Below the pieces are notes generated by a model. That model saw nothing but the letters and a program-made list of their open reading frames with translations. It searched no databases and was not told the DNA's origin. From assembly GCA_018240525.1 (NCBI GenBank), contig JAFEFN010000014.1, positions 108,487 to 172,486 on the forward strand: a stretch of DNA of 64,000 bases, given 5' to 3'. Every line of letters begins with the position of its first letter. The first letter of the stretch is position 1. Positions 18,045-27,900 of this stretch are shown here, in pieces. Made by a program: the position numbers and the translations under genes. The stretch is from Pseudomonadota bacterium. Its GTDB lineage: Bacteria; Pseudomonadota; Gammaproteobacteria; Steroidobacterales; Steroidobacteraceae.

Positions 18045-19934
18045 CTAGAAGGCCACCTTCACGCCCGCGAACGCCCCGAACCCGGGCGCCAGGAAGCCGG
18101 TGGGATTCTGGTAATGCCGGTCGAGCATGTTCGTCATGCGGGCGAAGACCGCAACGCGCGGGCCGAGGTCATAGTTGCCGGCGAGGTTGACCGTGGTGTA
18201 GCCCGGCGCCTCCAGCGGCGAGACGGAGAAATCCCGGTTGCCATCGACCCAGGACCCCACCGTCAGCACCGTCAGGTCGAGCGAGAAGGGATCGGTCACC
18301 TGCCAGCTGGCATCGACGCTTCCCTTGTGCTTCGGCCGGCGCAGCAGCTCCTGGCCCGTGGTCGCGTCCTTCGCCTGCGTGAAGGTGTAGTCGACCCGGA
18401 GCGCCAGCCCCTTGAGCGGCCGGTAGGCGAGGAAGCTCTCCACCCCCTCGGTCGTGGCCCGCCCGACATTGGCCCAGGTGGTGAAGGTCGCATCCGAGCC
18501 GATCAGGTTCTTGATGTCATTGTGGTAGTAGGTCGCGCCCAGGCGGACGGTGTTGCCGGCGAAACCCTGCTCGAAGCCGGCATCCCAGCCCGTGCTGGTC
18601 TCGGGCTTCAGATCCGGATTCGCGAAGAAGAACGGCGGGAAGCTCTGGAACAGCTGGCTCAGCGTCGGCGCCTTGAAGCCTGTGCCGACGCTTGCCTTGA
18701 GCTGGGTCTGCGTGGCGGCGAGCGTGTAGGTGGGCGCCACTCGGAAGGTCGCCTTGCTGCCGAAGCGGTCGTTGTCGTCGTAGCGCACGTTGAGCGCCGA
18801 GTAGAAGCTGTCGCCCAGCTTCGATTGCAGCTCGGCGAAACCCGCCCGGGTGCTCATGCTCGCCGCCAGCGGGTCGCTGATCTCGTCGCGGGCATATTCG
18901 GCCCCGAGCACCAGGGTCTGCGCCGCTGAGAACTTGAGGGCGCCCAGCCAGTCCGCCTTGGTGCGCTCGCCCACGTTGAATGCCGGCGCGGTCTGCGGCG
19001 CGATGTACTCGGTCTTGTTGTGCGAGTAGGTAAGTCCGAGCGTCTGCTCGAAGAAGCCGTCCCCCAGCACCAGGTGCGCCGTGCCGCGCACATGGTAGGC
19101 GGTGATGTTGCTGTCGCTCTGCTCGGCGTCCGGGAATGCCGGGAAGGTGCTGTAGTCCTCGCCCGTGTTGCGCAGGTGCGTGCCGGTGTACCGGGCGACC
19201 AGGCCCACGTCGAAGTCCCTGGAGAAGTCGTAGCCGAGCTTCCCCGAGGCCGTGAGATTGTCGTAGTAGTCGTTGATGCGGGCTTCGCCCGGGGCGAGCA
19301 GGTCGAGGGGCGTGACCGGGGTCGAGCCGGCATGGAAGTGCCCGAGGTCGGCGCTGTAGTGCAGGCTGTCGGCCGAACCGCCGAGGCTGGCCGCCTGGTT
19401 GAACGTGCTGAACGAGCCGCCCTCCAGGCCTACGCCGCCGTGGGCCGGGCCCTGCCCGCTCTTGGTGATGATGTTGATCACCCCCCCGATCGCATCGGAG
19501 CCATACAGGCCGCTCTGCGGTCCGCGCAGGACCTCGATCCGCTCGATGTCGGTCGTGAGCAGCTGCCCGAAGTCGAAGGCGCCGTTGGCGTTGCTCGGGT
19601 CGCTCAGGTCGATGCCGTCGATCAGTATCTTGGTGTGGTTGGAGTTGGTGCCCCGCATGAAGACCGAGGTCTGGTCGCCCGGGCCGCCGGCCTGCACCAG
19701 GTTCAGGCCCGGGACGTTCTTCAGCACATCCACCAGGGTGCGCTGCTGACTCGCCTCGATCTCCTCGGCCGTGATGACCGTCACGCTGCTGGCGATCTGG
19801 TCCGCGGGTGTCGGCAGCCGGGTGGCGACGACCACCACTTGCTGCAGCGACTCCGGATCGGCCGTGGCGGCAGCCGCGGTGGCGGACATCGCGCCCAGGG
19901 CGGCGACAAATGACAAAGCGGTGCGTGTGCGCAT
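18045..19934 (-). CDS. btuB: TonB-dependent receptor, BtuB-like (corrinoid outer-membrane transporter)
   Basis: In ORF 18045..20120. ATG at 19934 with an AGGAG SD, signal peptide, TonB box/plug (QQVVVVATRLPT..) and terminal ..FAGVKVAF. Preceded by a cobalamin riboswitch. Confidence 0.8.
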   Translation of the reverse strand: MRTRTALSFVAALGAMSATAAAATADPESLQQVVVVATRLPTPADQIASSVTVITAEEIEASQQRTLVDVLKNVPGLNLVQAGGPGDQTSVFMRGTNSNHTKILIDGIDLSDPSNANGAFDFGQLLTTDIERIEVLRGPQSGLYGSDAIGGVINIITKSGQGPAHGGVGLEGGSFSTFNQAASLGGSADSLHYSADLGHFHAGSTPVTPLDLLAPGEARINDYYDNLTASGKLGYDFSRDFDVGLVARYTGTHLRNTGEDYSTFPAFPDAEQSDSNITAYHVRGTAHLVLGDGFFEQTLGLTYSHNKTEYIAPQTAPAFNVGERTKADWLGALKFSAAQTLVLGAEYARDEISDPLAASMSTRAGFAELQSKLGDSFYSALNVRYDDNDRFGSKATFRVAPTYTLAATQTQLKASVGTGFKAPTLSQLFQSFPPFFFANPDLKPETSTGWDAGFEQGFAGNTVRLGATYYHNDIKNLIGSDATFTTWANVGRATTEGVESFLAYRPLKGLALRVDYTFTQAKDATTGQELLRRPKHKGSVDASWQVTDPFSLDLTVLTVGSWVDGNRDFSVSPLEAPGYTTVNLAGNYDLGPRVAVFARMTNMLDRHYQNPTGFLAPGFGAFAGVKVAF

Positions 19935-20084
19935 GGACTGCATCTCCTGAAAAATCCAGGCAATGTCATGCAGGCGCCGATGGTGTTGCTTGGGACGCGA
20001 CGACCGGAACCGCGATGACGACCTCAAACCCGTGTCGTCACAACGGTGCTCCGCAGTCTCCGCCCACCCGGCGGAAAACAGGAC

Positions 20085-20255
20085 GACGGCATGAGGCAGG
20101 TCTCCTGGCTCCCGGGTCATCGCTCACATCCACCTTCCCGGAACAGCTGTTCCAGTGGTCATTCGGACGTGCGCTCGGCCGGTTACAGTTGCGGGGGCAG
20201 CCGCGGCATACACCGCGTTCCCTATTGCCTCCCCTTGCGGGGAACCTCACGCGTA
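20085..20255 (-). promoter_or_regulatory. cobalamin (B12) riboswitch in the btuB-like leader
   Basis: The minus strand reads ..GGTTCCCCGCAAGGGGAGGCAATAGGGAACGCGGTG..GCTGCCCCCGCAACTGTAA..GACCACTGG..CGGGAAGGTG..AGCCAGGAGACCTGCC (B12 box). Boundaries approximate. Confidence 0.85.
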
Positions 20256-20323
20256 CAAAGCGGGGCGAGTATATAGCGAACCGCCGCACCGCGTTGGAAG
20301 TTGTCGCGGGGTGGGCGCGCCCG

Positions 20324-21091
20324 TCAGGCGGAAAAGTGCACGGACGTTTCGGCCGCCTCGCGCCGGACACGCACCGCGACGTCGTACAGGCCGGACAGGA
20401 CCTCTTCGCGGAGCACCTCGGCGGCCGGCGCGTGCATCAGCAGGCGCCCCGCGCGCAGCACCGCGAAGTCATCCGCATACTGGGCGGCGAGGTTCAGGTC
20501 ATGCATGGCGGCAACGACGGTGCAGCCCTCGCGGGAGCGTGACTTGAGGCGCTGGCAGGCATCGATCGCGTGGCGCGGATCGAGCCCGGCGGTGGGCTCG
20601 TCCACGATGAGCAGCCGCGGGTCGGCCACGATCGCCCGTGCCAGCATGGCCCGCGCCAGCTCCCCGCCGGACAGGGTCGTGGCCTCCCGGTCGCGCAATT
20701 GCAGCAGGTCGCAGGACTCCAGCGCACGCTCGATGCGCTCCTGGCCGCCCGGGACGAGTTCCCCGAAGGTGGGCAGCAGCGGCGTGAGTCCCAGGGCGAC
20801 CACGCGCTCGACGCTGATCGGCCAGTCGACGCGGGCACTCTGCGGCAGGTAGGCCCTGACGCGGGCGAGCTCGCGGCGCGCGAGCTGCGCCAGCGGCGCC
20901 CCGTCCAGCCTCACCGCGCCGGCATCCGGCGCCAGCAACCCGGCGAGCACCGCCAGCAGCGTGCTCTTGCCGGCGCCATTCGGCCCGATCACGGCGGTGA
21001 ACCGGCCGCTGGAGAATGTCGCGGACACATCCTGCAGCGCCATGCGCGCGCCGCGGCGGATGCTGACGCCGGTTACGACCAGATGCGTCAT
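20324..21091 (-). CDS. ABC transporter ATP-binding protein (FecE/BtuD family)
   Basis: In ORF 20324..21460. ATG at 21091 overlaps the permease stop (ATGA). Walker A GPNGAGKST, signature LSGGELAR, Walker B LLIVDEP. Confidence 0.85.
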   Translation of the reverse strand: MTHLVVTGVSIRRGARMALQDVSATFSSGRFTAVIGPNGAGKSTLLAVLAGLLAPDAGAVRLDGAPLAQLARRELARVRAYLPQSARVDWPISVERVVALGLTPLLPTFGELVPGGQERIERALESCDLLQLRDREATTLSGGELARAMLARAIVADPRLLIVDEPTAGLDPRHAIDACQRLKSRSREGCTVVAAMHDLNLAAQYADDFAVLRAGRLLMHAPAAEVLREEVLSGLYDVAVRVRREAAETSVHFSA

Positions 21092-22074
21092 GTGGTTTGC
21101 CGTCGGATGCGCAGGACGATCCACAGGAAGAACGGGGCGCCGACCAGACTGATGAACACACCGAGGCTGATCTCGGGCCTGACCCGGATCAGGCGCGTGG
21201 CGATGTCGGCGGCCGTCACGATGGCGGCGCCGGCCAGCGCTGCCGGAACGAGCACGCGCCGCGGGCGATTGCCGACGCGCGCGCGCACCAGGTGCGGGGC
21301 GACCAGGCCCACGAAGCCGATGGCGCCGGCCACCGACGTCGCCCCCCCGACGCCCAGGGCGGTGCCGGCCAGTGCGAGCAGGCGCGTGCGGCGCAGGTTG
21401 ATGCCCAGGCTCTCGGCCTGCGCCTCGCCGAGGGACAGGGCATCCAGCGCTCGGCCGCACAACAGCAGCAGGATGCCGCCGACGAGGATGAACGGTGCCG
21501 CCAGCTGCACGTGCGTCCAGCTGCGATCGGCGAGCGATCCCATCAGCCAGGTCGAGATCTCGTAGGCGGCATACGGATTGGGTGCGAGGTTGAGCGCAAG
21601 GTTGACGCCCGCGGTTGCGATGCTCGAGGTGGCGACCCCGGCCAGGATCAGCGACAGCGTGCTGCCCGAGCGTGACAGCAGCAGGGAGATGCTGGCCGCT
21701 CCCAGCGCGCCGACCAGCCCGAACACCGGCCCGGCCAGGGTGGTCGTGCTCGCAAAGCCGTAGTACACGGCGATGACCGAGCCGAGCGATGCGGCCTCGG
21801 AGATGCCCAGCAGCCCCGGCTCGGCCAGCGGGTTGCGCAGCAGTCCCTGCAGCACCGCGCCCGAGAGCCCGAGGATCGCGCCGACGAGGAGACCGAGGAC
21901 CGTGCGCGGCAAGTGGATGTCCATGAAGATGAGTGCAGCCAGGTCAGGGTGCGGCGCAGAAAGGGCGGCGAGGACCTCGTGCGGCGACAGCCAGACGGTG
22001 CCGACGAACAGCGAGACCGCCGCCAGGAGTGCGGTGGCGGCCAGCAGGACCGCATGCACTCCCCAGCCCCTCAC
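21088..22074 (-). CDS. FecCD/BtuC family ABC transporter permease
   Basis: ORF 21088..22074. Polytopic membrane protein typical of the FecCD family. 4-nt overlaps with both neighbours. Confidence 0.85.
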   Translation of the reverse strand: MRGWGVHAVLLAATALLAAVSLFVGTVWLSPHEVLAALSAPHPDLAALIFMDIHLPRTVLGLLVGAILGLSGAVLQGLLRNPLAEPGLLGISEAASLGSVIAVYYGFASTTTLAGPVFGLVGALGAASISLLLSRSGSTLSLILAGVATSSIATAGVNLALNLAPNPYAAYEISTWLMGSLADRSWTHVQLAAPFILVGGILLLLCGRALDALSLGEAQAESLGINLRRTRLLALAGTALGVGGATSVAGAIGFVGLVAPHLVRARVGNRPRRVLVPAALAGAAIVTAADIATRLIRVRPEISLGVFISLVGAPFFLWIVLRIRRQTT

Positions 22075-23018
22075 TGGACACTCCCGACATAGGGCAGCGG
22101 GCGCCGCGCCACCGCCGACCTTTCCTCCAGCGCACGCCGCAGGCGCAACGCCGCCTCGGCACTGAAGGGCGTTCCGCAGGTGTAGAGCGACTCCGGGATG
22201 GTGACGCTGCGCTCACCCCAGTAGGCGAGCACCAGGGGATGGCGCACCACGTCATCGCGCCGCCCGGGCTTGGAGAACCCGCTGGCGCCCTGCACCAGCA
22301 GGTCCGGTGCGCTCCTCATGAGTTCCTCGGTGTCGAAGCTGCGGTATCCGGCCTCGGTCACGACATTCACGGCCCCGGCCGCCGTGAGCACCGCGTCGTA
22401 CAGGGTGCCGCGCCCGGGGGACGCCCCGCCGGCATTCCAGACGGCGACCCGGAACCTCCGGCCGGGCGGGTGGGCGGCCAGCCATGCCAGCTGGGCGTCC
22501 ATGCGTGCGATCAACGATTCGGCGGCCTCGGTGGCACCCACCGCGGCGCCGATGCGGCGGGTCACCGCGCGGATGTCCTCGAAGCTCTCCGCCGGAGCGA
22601 CTTCCAGCAGTGGATAGTGCACGCTCCGGAGCAGCACCCGGGTCGCGGTCGTGGTATAGGTCCCGGCGATCACCAGGTCCGGATGCTGCCGCAGCACTTC
22701 CTCGGCGGTGCCGTGATTCGCAGGCACGCGCGCCGCGGCACGCGCCAGGTACGAGTCGGCATCGTCCCGTGCCACCCAGGACACGGAGGTGATGCGCTGC
22801 GGCGGCAGCAGCGCCAGGACCAGCTGGTCGGCGCACACGTTGATCGACATGACGCGCAGGGGGACCTCGGCGCGCGCGCACGCCGGCTGCGCGCACAGCA
22901 GCGCCAGGCCCAGGGCGTACGCCCGGTGCACCCACCGGGCGCGAGGCAGCCCGTGCCCTTCATCTGTCTTACCGCCCGATCCGCTGTGCATCGCCGCCCA
23001 CAGGCCATCCCCGGCCAT
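22071..23018 (-). CDS. periplasmic substrate-binding protein (BtuF/FecB-like, cluster A)
   Basis: ORF 22071..23018. Motifs ..RVMSINVCADQLVLALLPPQRITSVS.. and ..PDLVIAG... Start uncertain (alternatives at 22991 and 22931). Confidence 0.75.
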   Translation of the reverse strand: MAGDGLWAAMHSGSGGKTDEGHGLPRARWVHRAYALGLALLCAQPACARAEVPLRVMSINVCADQLVLALLPPQRITSVSWVARDDADSYLARAAARVPANHGTAEEVLRQHPDLVIAGTYTTTATRVLLRSVHYPLLEVAPAESFEDIRAVTRRIGAAVGATEAAESLIARMDAQLAWLAAHPPGRRFRVAVWNAGGASPGRGTLYDAVLTAAGAVNVVTEAGYRSFDTEELMRSAPDLLVQGASGFSKPGRRDDVVRHPLVLAYWGERSVTIPESLYTCGTPFSAEAALRLRRALEERSAVARRPLPYVGSVQ

Positions 23019-23114
23019 CTAAAGCTGCCGCGGCAGGAACGACGGAGGCTGCGGCCGCCGCCAGGGCCCGAAGGCGCTGCCAGGCAATCCGCACCCACCG
23101 TGTTGTCCGCCGTA

Positions 23115-23325
23115 CCAGTGCCAGGCCGGTCTCCGGGCTCGCGAGGCCACCCGCAGGTGTTGCCGCATCGCCTTCCCATGCCCCGGGGCACAGTGGCCGT
23201 GGATGCGCCGTTCCTCGCTTACCGTTGCGGGGGCAGCGCCGGAATGACGAGACCCCTCGTGGGGTTCGCGCACCGGCTTCCCGTTTCACTGACCGCGGGA
23301 AACCGCGGTTCAGCACCTGGCAACG
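23115..23325 (-). promoter_or_regulatory. cobalamin (B12) riboswitch in the leader of the ABC transporter operon
   Basis: The minus strand reads ..GTGAAACGGGAAGCCGGTG..GCTGCCCCCGCAACGGTAAG..GGCCACTG..GGGAAGGCG..GAGCCCGGAGACCGGCC (B12 box). Boundaries approximate. Confidence 0.85.
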
Positions 23326-23335
23326 TCAGCGCGCG

Positions 23336-23364
23336 ATGCTAGCGGCGGTGTCCGGGGATGGCAA
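23336..23364 (-). promoter_or_regulatory. candidate sigma70 promoter of the riboswitch-controlled ABC operon
   Basis: Minus strand TTGCCA - 17 nt - TAGCAT, ending about 10 nt before the first riboswitch helix. Confidence 0.35.
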
Positions 23365-23743
23365 CCAAGGTCCCGGGCGGTCAGGCCGCGGCCCGATTCC
23401 GGCGACCCGCGCCGGGCCGGGACGCGAACGCCTCGCAGGACCGACCGCGCCCGGGCTTAACTTAACGGACTCTTTATTATGGGTCCGGACAGGCTCCGGG
23501 GGTGCCGAGCGCAGTGCATCGACCTCGGTTACCCTGACCGGCGGCCTGCGAGCGCCCCACGAGCGGCGGATGAAGGCCTGGGGTTGGGGTCCTGGCTGCG
23601 CGAGGTCTGCGGCGTACGTCAGCCGGCGCCGACCTCAACTGCCTGCGCCGAACGGCGATATTCTCCCCGGTCTCCCGGTTAGGGTGCGCATCACCCGCGT
23701 TCGTGGCGCTTCAGCCTCGGTGTGCCCCGACAAGGACGGCAAC

Positions 23744-24292
23744 GTGAGACCCCCCTTCCTGACCGTCGGCCACTCCAACCGTTCCCTGCCAGATTTCATC
23801 GGGCTGCTGAAGGAGGCCGGCGTTGCGCGCGTGGTGGATATCCGGAAGCTGCCGCGGTCGCGCTCGAATCCCCAGTTCAACCAGGAGACCCTTGCCGGGG
23901 CACTGGCCCCCGCGATCGGCTACGAGCACCTCCAGGGGCTGGGCGGACGGCGCGCGAAGGTGCCCCGCTCCTCCCCTGAGGTGAATGGCTTCTGGACGAA
24001 CCGGAGCTTCCACAACTATGCCGACTACGCCTTGACTGCGCCGTTCCACGCCGCCTTTGCGCATCTGCTGGAGCAAGGACGTCACCGTTGCTGCGCGATC
24101 ATGTGCGCGGAGGCGGTCTGGTGGCGCTGTCACCGGCGCATCGTCACCGACTACCTGCTCGCCCACGGCGAGACGGTCCTGCACATCATGGGCCCGGGTC
24201 GCCTGGAGCCCGCGCACCTGACTGCCGGCGCCCTGATCCAGCCGGCCGGGACCGTCGTGTACCCGGCAGCGCCGCCGGGCGAGCCTGCCTGA
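23744..24292 (+). CDS. DUF488 family protein
   Basis: In ORF 23225..24292, with an in-frame GTG at 23744. FLTVGHSNRSLPDFIGLLKEAGVARVVDIRKLPRSRSNPQF.. and ..CAEAVWWRCHRRIVTDYL are typical DUF488 motifs. Confidence 0.75.
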   Translation: MRPPFLTVGHSNRSLPDFIGLLKEAGVARVVDIRKLPRSRSNPQFNQETLAGALAPAIGYEHLQGLGGRRAKVPRSSPEVNGFWTNRSFHNYADYALTAPFHAAFAHLLEQGRHRCCAIMCAEAVWWRCHRRIVTDYLLAHGETVLHIMGPGRLEPAHLTAGALIQPAGTVVYPAAPPGEPA

Positions 24293-24330
24293 GCCGGCCA
24301 CCGGGCGGTGCCAGCACTGTGGATGCCGCA

Positions 24331-24462
24331 TCATCGGGCATGGGGCGGAGGGGGCGACGGCCTGGATCGCACACTCGAACTGTCGAAGGTATGCGACCGC
24401 CCCTGGTAGATCAGCTGGAAAGTCTTGTCATAGTCGTTTCCACACACTTCGAACCGGGCCAT
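24331..24462 (-). CDS. 43-aa ORF, possibly a truncated/frameshifted small Cys-containing protein
   Basis: Too short for the ORF track. Its ATG lies 14 nt after the DUF3175 stop, preceded by GAGGAG. Translation is MARFEVCGNDYDKTFQLIYQGRSHTFDSSSVRSRPSPPPPHAR. The second half is low-complexity, and an alternative frame gives FECAIQAVAPSAPC. Confidence 0.3.
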   Translation of the reverse strand: MARFEVCGNDYDKTFQLIYQGRSHTFDSSSVRSRPSPPPPHAR

Positions 24463-24477
24463 GGAAGTCTCCTCACG

Positions 24478-24807
24478 TCATCCGGATCTGGCGGGCCGCC
24501 CGAAGGCCCTGCGCAGTTCCTGCTTGGCCCGCTCGAGCTTCCTCTTCTGCGCCGGCGCGAGGTTCCGGCCGGCGCGGTTGATTTCGAAGTTCAGCATCGA
24601 CATCGCCGACTGGAATGGCCCTGCCTTGCGTCGCTGGCTCGCTTCGGCCGAGTGCTTCAGGGATTTCGCGATCTGCGCGGCCGTGGGCAGCGTGAATACG
24701 CCGCGCTCGAGGTCGAGCGCATTGCTGCGCTTGGAGACGGCGGCGGACCAGCGGCGTGCGGGATGCGCGTCGGGCTTCTTCGCAGGCGTGCGGCGCTTGG
24801 CTGCCAT
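24478..24807 (-). CDS. DUF3175 family protein
   Basis: In ORF 24478..25164, starting at the internal ATG at 24807. MAAKRRTPAKK..WSAAVSKRSNALDLERGVFTL..IAKSLKHSAEASQRRKAGPFQSAMSMLNFEINRAGRNL..RKLERAKQELRRAFGR. Confidence 0.8.
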   Translation of the reverse strand: MAAKRRTPAKKPDAHPARRWSAAVSKRSNALDLERGVFTLPTAAQIAKSLKHSAEASQRRKAGPFQSAMSMLNFEINRAGRNLAPAQKRKLERAKQELRRAFGRPARSG

Positions 24808-24988
24808 GCTCCCCAAGCGTACGACCCGGGCGCGCGGTTCGCTGCAAGCGGGCATGACCTGCGTCGCCAAGAAACGTCCGACGCCGCCCCGCGGGAAACC
24901 CCCGGCTGCGGCCGCTTGCGCCGGCACCTCCAGCCTGACTGCGGTAAGCTTTCGCGCCGCGCGAATCGGCCCATGGGCGGAGAGAATA

Positions 24989-27900
24989 ATGAAAGTCTTC
25001 CTGAGCACCTGTTGCCTCCTCACCGCGATCTGCGTCTCCTCACCGGGCAGGGCCGATGCACAGGCCACCGCATCGATCAGCCAGGGCCTGCAGTGGCGAC
25101 TGGTCGGACCGCATCGCGGCGGCCGGACCCGCGCCATCACCGGGGTGCCCGGGAGCCCGCACACCTATCTCGCCGGCGCGGTGAACGGCGGGGTGTGGAG
25201 AACCGACGATGACGGGCGGACCTGGACGCCGATCTTCGATGCGCAGCCCACGCAGTCCATCGGTGCCATCGCCGTGGCACCCTCCAACGCGTCCATCCTC
25301 TACGTGGGGTCCGGCGAGGGCCTGCACCGCCCCGACCTCTCCGTGGGCACCGGCATGTACCGCTCCGTGGACGGCGGCAAGCGCTGGACGCACCTGGGCC
25401 TGGACGATGCCCAGCAGATCCCGGATGTGGCCGTGGACCCGCAGGATCCGAACCGGGTGTACGTCGCCGTGCTCGGCCACCCCTTCGGACCGAGCACCCA
25501 GCGCGGGGTGTACCGCTCGCTGGACGGGGGTGCGAGCTGGCAGCAGGTGCTGCGCGCCGACGCGGACACCGGCGCCTCGTTCGTGCGCATCGATCCCTTC
25601 GATGCGCAGACCCTCTACGCCGGACTGTGGAACGTGCGCTCCGGTCCCTGGGAGGACAAGAACACCTACAACGGCACCAAGGGCGGGCTGTTCAAGTCCA
25701 CCGACGGCGGCGAGCACTGGCGTGCGCTGAAGGAGGGCCTGCCGGCCGACCTGTCGCAGATCGACGTGGCGGTGGCGCCGAGCGCCCGTGGCCGCCTGTA
25801 CGCCACGGTGGCCACCAGCGCCGAAGGCGAGTACGCATCGGCCGACGGACTCGGCGTGTACCGCTCGGACGATGGTGGCGAGCACTGGCGCGTGGCGAGC
25901 ACCGACCCGCGGCCCGCGATGCGGATCGGCGGCGGCGACCTGCCCATCATCAAGGTCGACCCCACGAACGCCGACGTGCTGTTCAGCGTCTCCATCGTCA
26001 TGCACAGGTCCGCCGATGGCGGGGCGACCTGGACGCCGTTCAAGGGTGCCCCGGGCGGGGACGACTACCAGAACCTGTGGATCAGCCCGGAGGGCTCGCA
26101 GCGCATCGCGCTGGTCAGTGACCAGGGCACGGTCGTCACGGTCAACGGCGGGCGCACCTGGAGCTCCTGGTTCAACCAGCCCACCGCCCAGCTGTACCAC
26201 ATCGGCATCACCCCGACCTATCCGTACCGGCTGTGTTCCGGACAGCAGGAAAGCGGCTCGGTCTGCATCTCCAGCCGCGGCAACGACGGCGAGATCACCT
26301 ATCGCGACTGGCACCCGGTCGGGGTGATCGAGTACGGCTATGTCCTGCCGGACCCGCTGGACGCGGATGTCATCTACGGCGCCGGCCGCAACGTCGTGAC
26401 GCGCACGCACCTGTCCACCGGCCAGGTGCAGAACATCACCCCGCTCCCGCTGCTCGGCGCGGACGACCGCGTGACCCGGACCGAGCCGATCCTGTTCGCA
26501 CCGCAGGACCCGCACCGGCTGTATGTCGCCGCCAACCGCCTGTATGCCTCGAGCGATGCCGGCAACTCCTGGACGCCCATCAGCGGCGATCTCGCGCGCC
26601 CGAGCGCCGGCTCACCGCCGAGCGTGGGCGACCAGCTCATGCCCAAGGCGGCCGAGCAGCGCGGCGCCATCTATGCCGTGAGCGCCTCGCCGGTCAGCAG
26701 GGGCCTGCTGTGGGCGGGCACCGACGACGGCTTCCTCTGGGTCACCCACGATGAGGGCGGCCACTGGCAGAACGTGACTCCGCCCGCGCTCACCCCCTGG
26801 AGCAAGATCACCCAGGTCGAGGCGTCGCACTTCGACGGCCAGGTGGCGTACGTCTCGGTCAGCCGCTTCCGCATCGACGACCTCCGGCCCTACATCTACC
26901 GCACGCGCGACGGCGGCAGCAGCTGGCAGCTGGTGACTGCCGGCCTGCCGGCGGATGCAGCGGTCAATGCCGTGCGCGAGGACCCCGCGCGCCGCGGCCT
27001 GCTGTTCGCCGCCACCGAGAACGCGGTATGGATGTCCGCGGATGACGGGGAGCACTGGAGTTCGCTGCAGCTGAACCTGCCGCACACCTCCATGCGCGAC
27101 CTCGCCATCCACGGGCAGGACCTCATCGTGGCGACCCACGGCCGCGGGTTCTGGATCCTGGACGACATCGGACCGCTGCGCGCCCTGGCCGGTGCGGCCC
27201 ACGGCGAGCCGGTGCTGGTGAGACCCGCCGCCGCCATCCGCGCCCGGCGCAGCACCGGCAGCGACACGCCCATCCCGCCGGACGAACCCACCGCCCCCAA
27301 TCCCCCGAGCGGGGCGATCATCGACTACTACCTGCCACGGGCGGCGAAAGAGCCGCTGAGCATCGAGGTACTCGATGCCGGCGGCCGGATCGTACGAGTC
27401 GTGCGCAGTACCGACCGCGCGGGCCGCAGCCCGGAGGAGCGCGCCCGGGAAATGATCCCCGCCTACTGGATTCGCGAGCCGGCGCCGCTCGCCACGGGCG
27501 CCGGCGCGCACCGCTTCGTGTGGGACCTGCACTACGCGACCCCGCGCGCCGTGCACCGCGGCTACCCGATCTCCGCGGTGCCCCACGACACGCCGCAGGA
27601 GCCGGAGGGCCCGCTCGCGGTCCCGGGGGACTACGTCGTGCGGCTGAGCATCGGCAAGCGGCACTGGGACCAGCCCCTGAGCATCCTGCCCGATCCGCGC
27701 GTCGCGGCCAGCGCCCGGGACTTCGCCGCGCAGTACGCGCTGGCGCAGCAGCTGGCGGATGCCCTGGATGCCAGTTCCGAGAAGGTGCTGCAGGCGAAGT
27801 CCATGCGCACCCAGCTGAAAGCCCTCAGTGCACAGGGTGAGGCGGCGAGCGCGGCACGGGCCCTGGACGCGCGGCTGCAGGCGCTGCTCGAGCCTCAGCC

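Noticed and set aside
23479-23682. 67-aa ORF in the long intergenic region
   Set aside because: No SD, only moderate GC3, and a non-protein-like translation.
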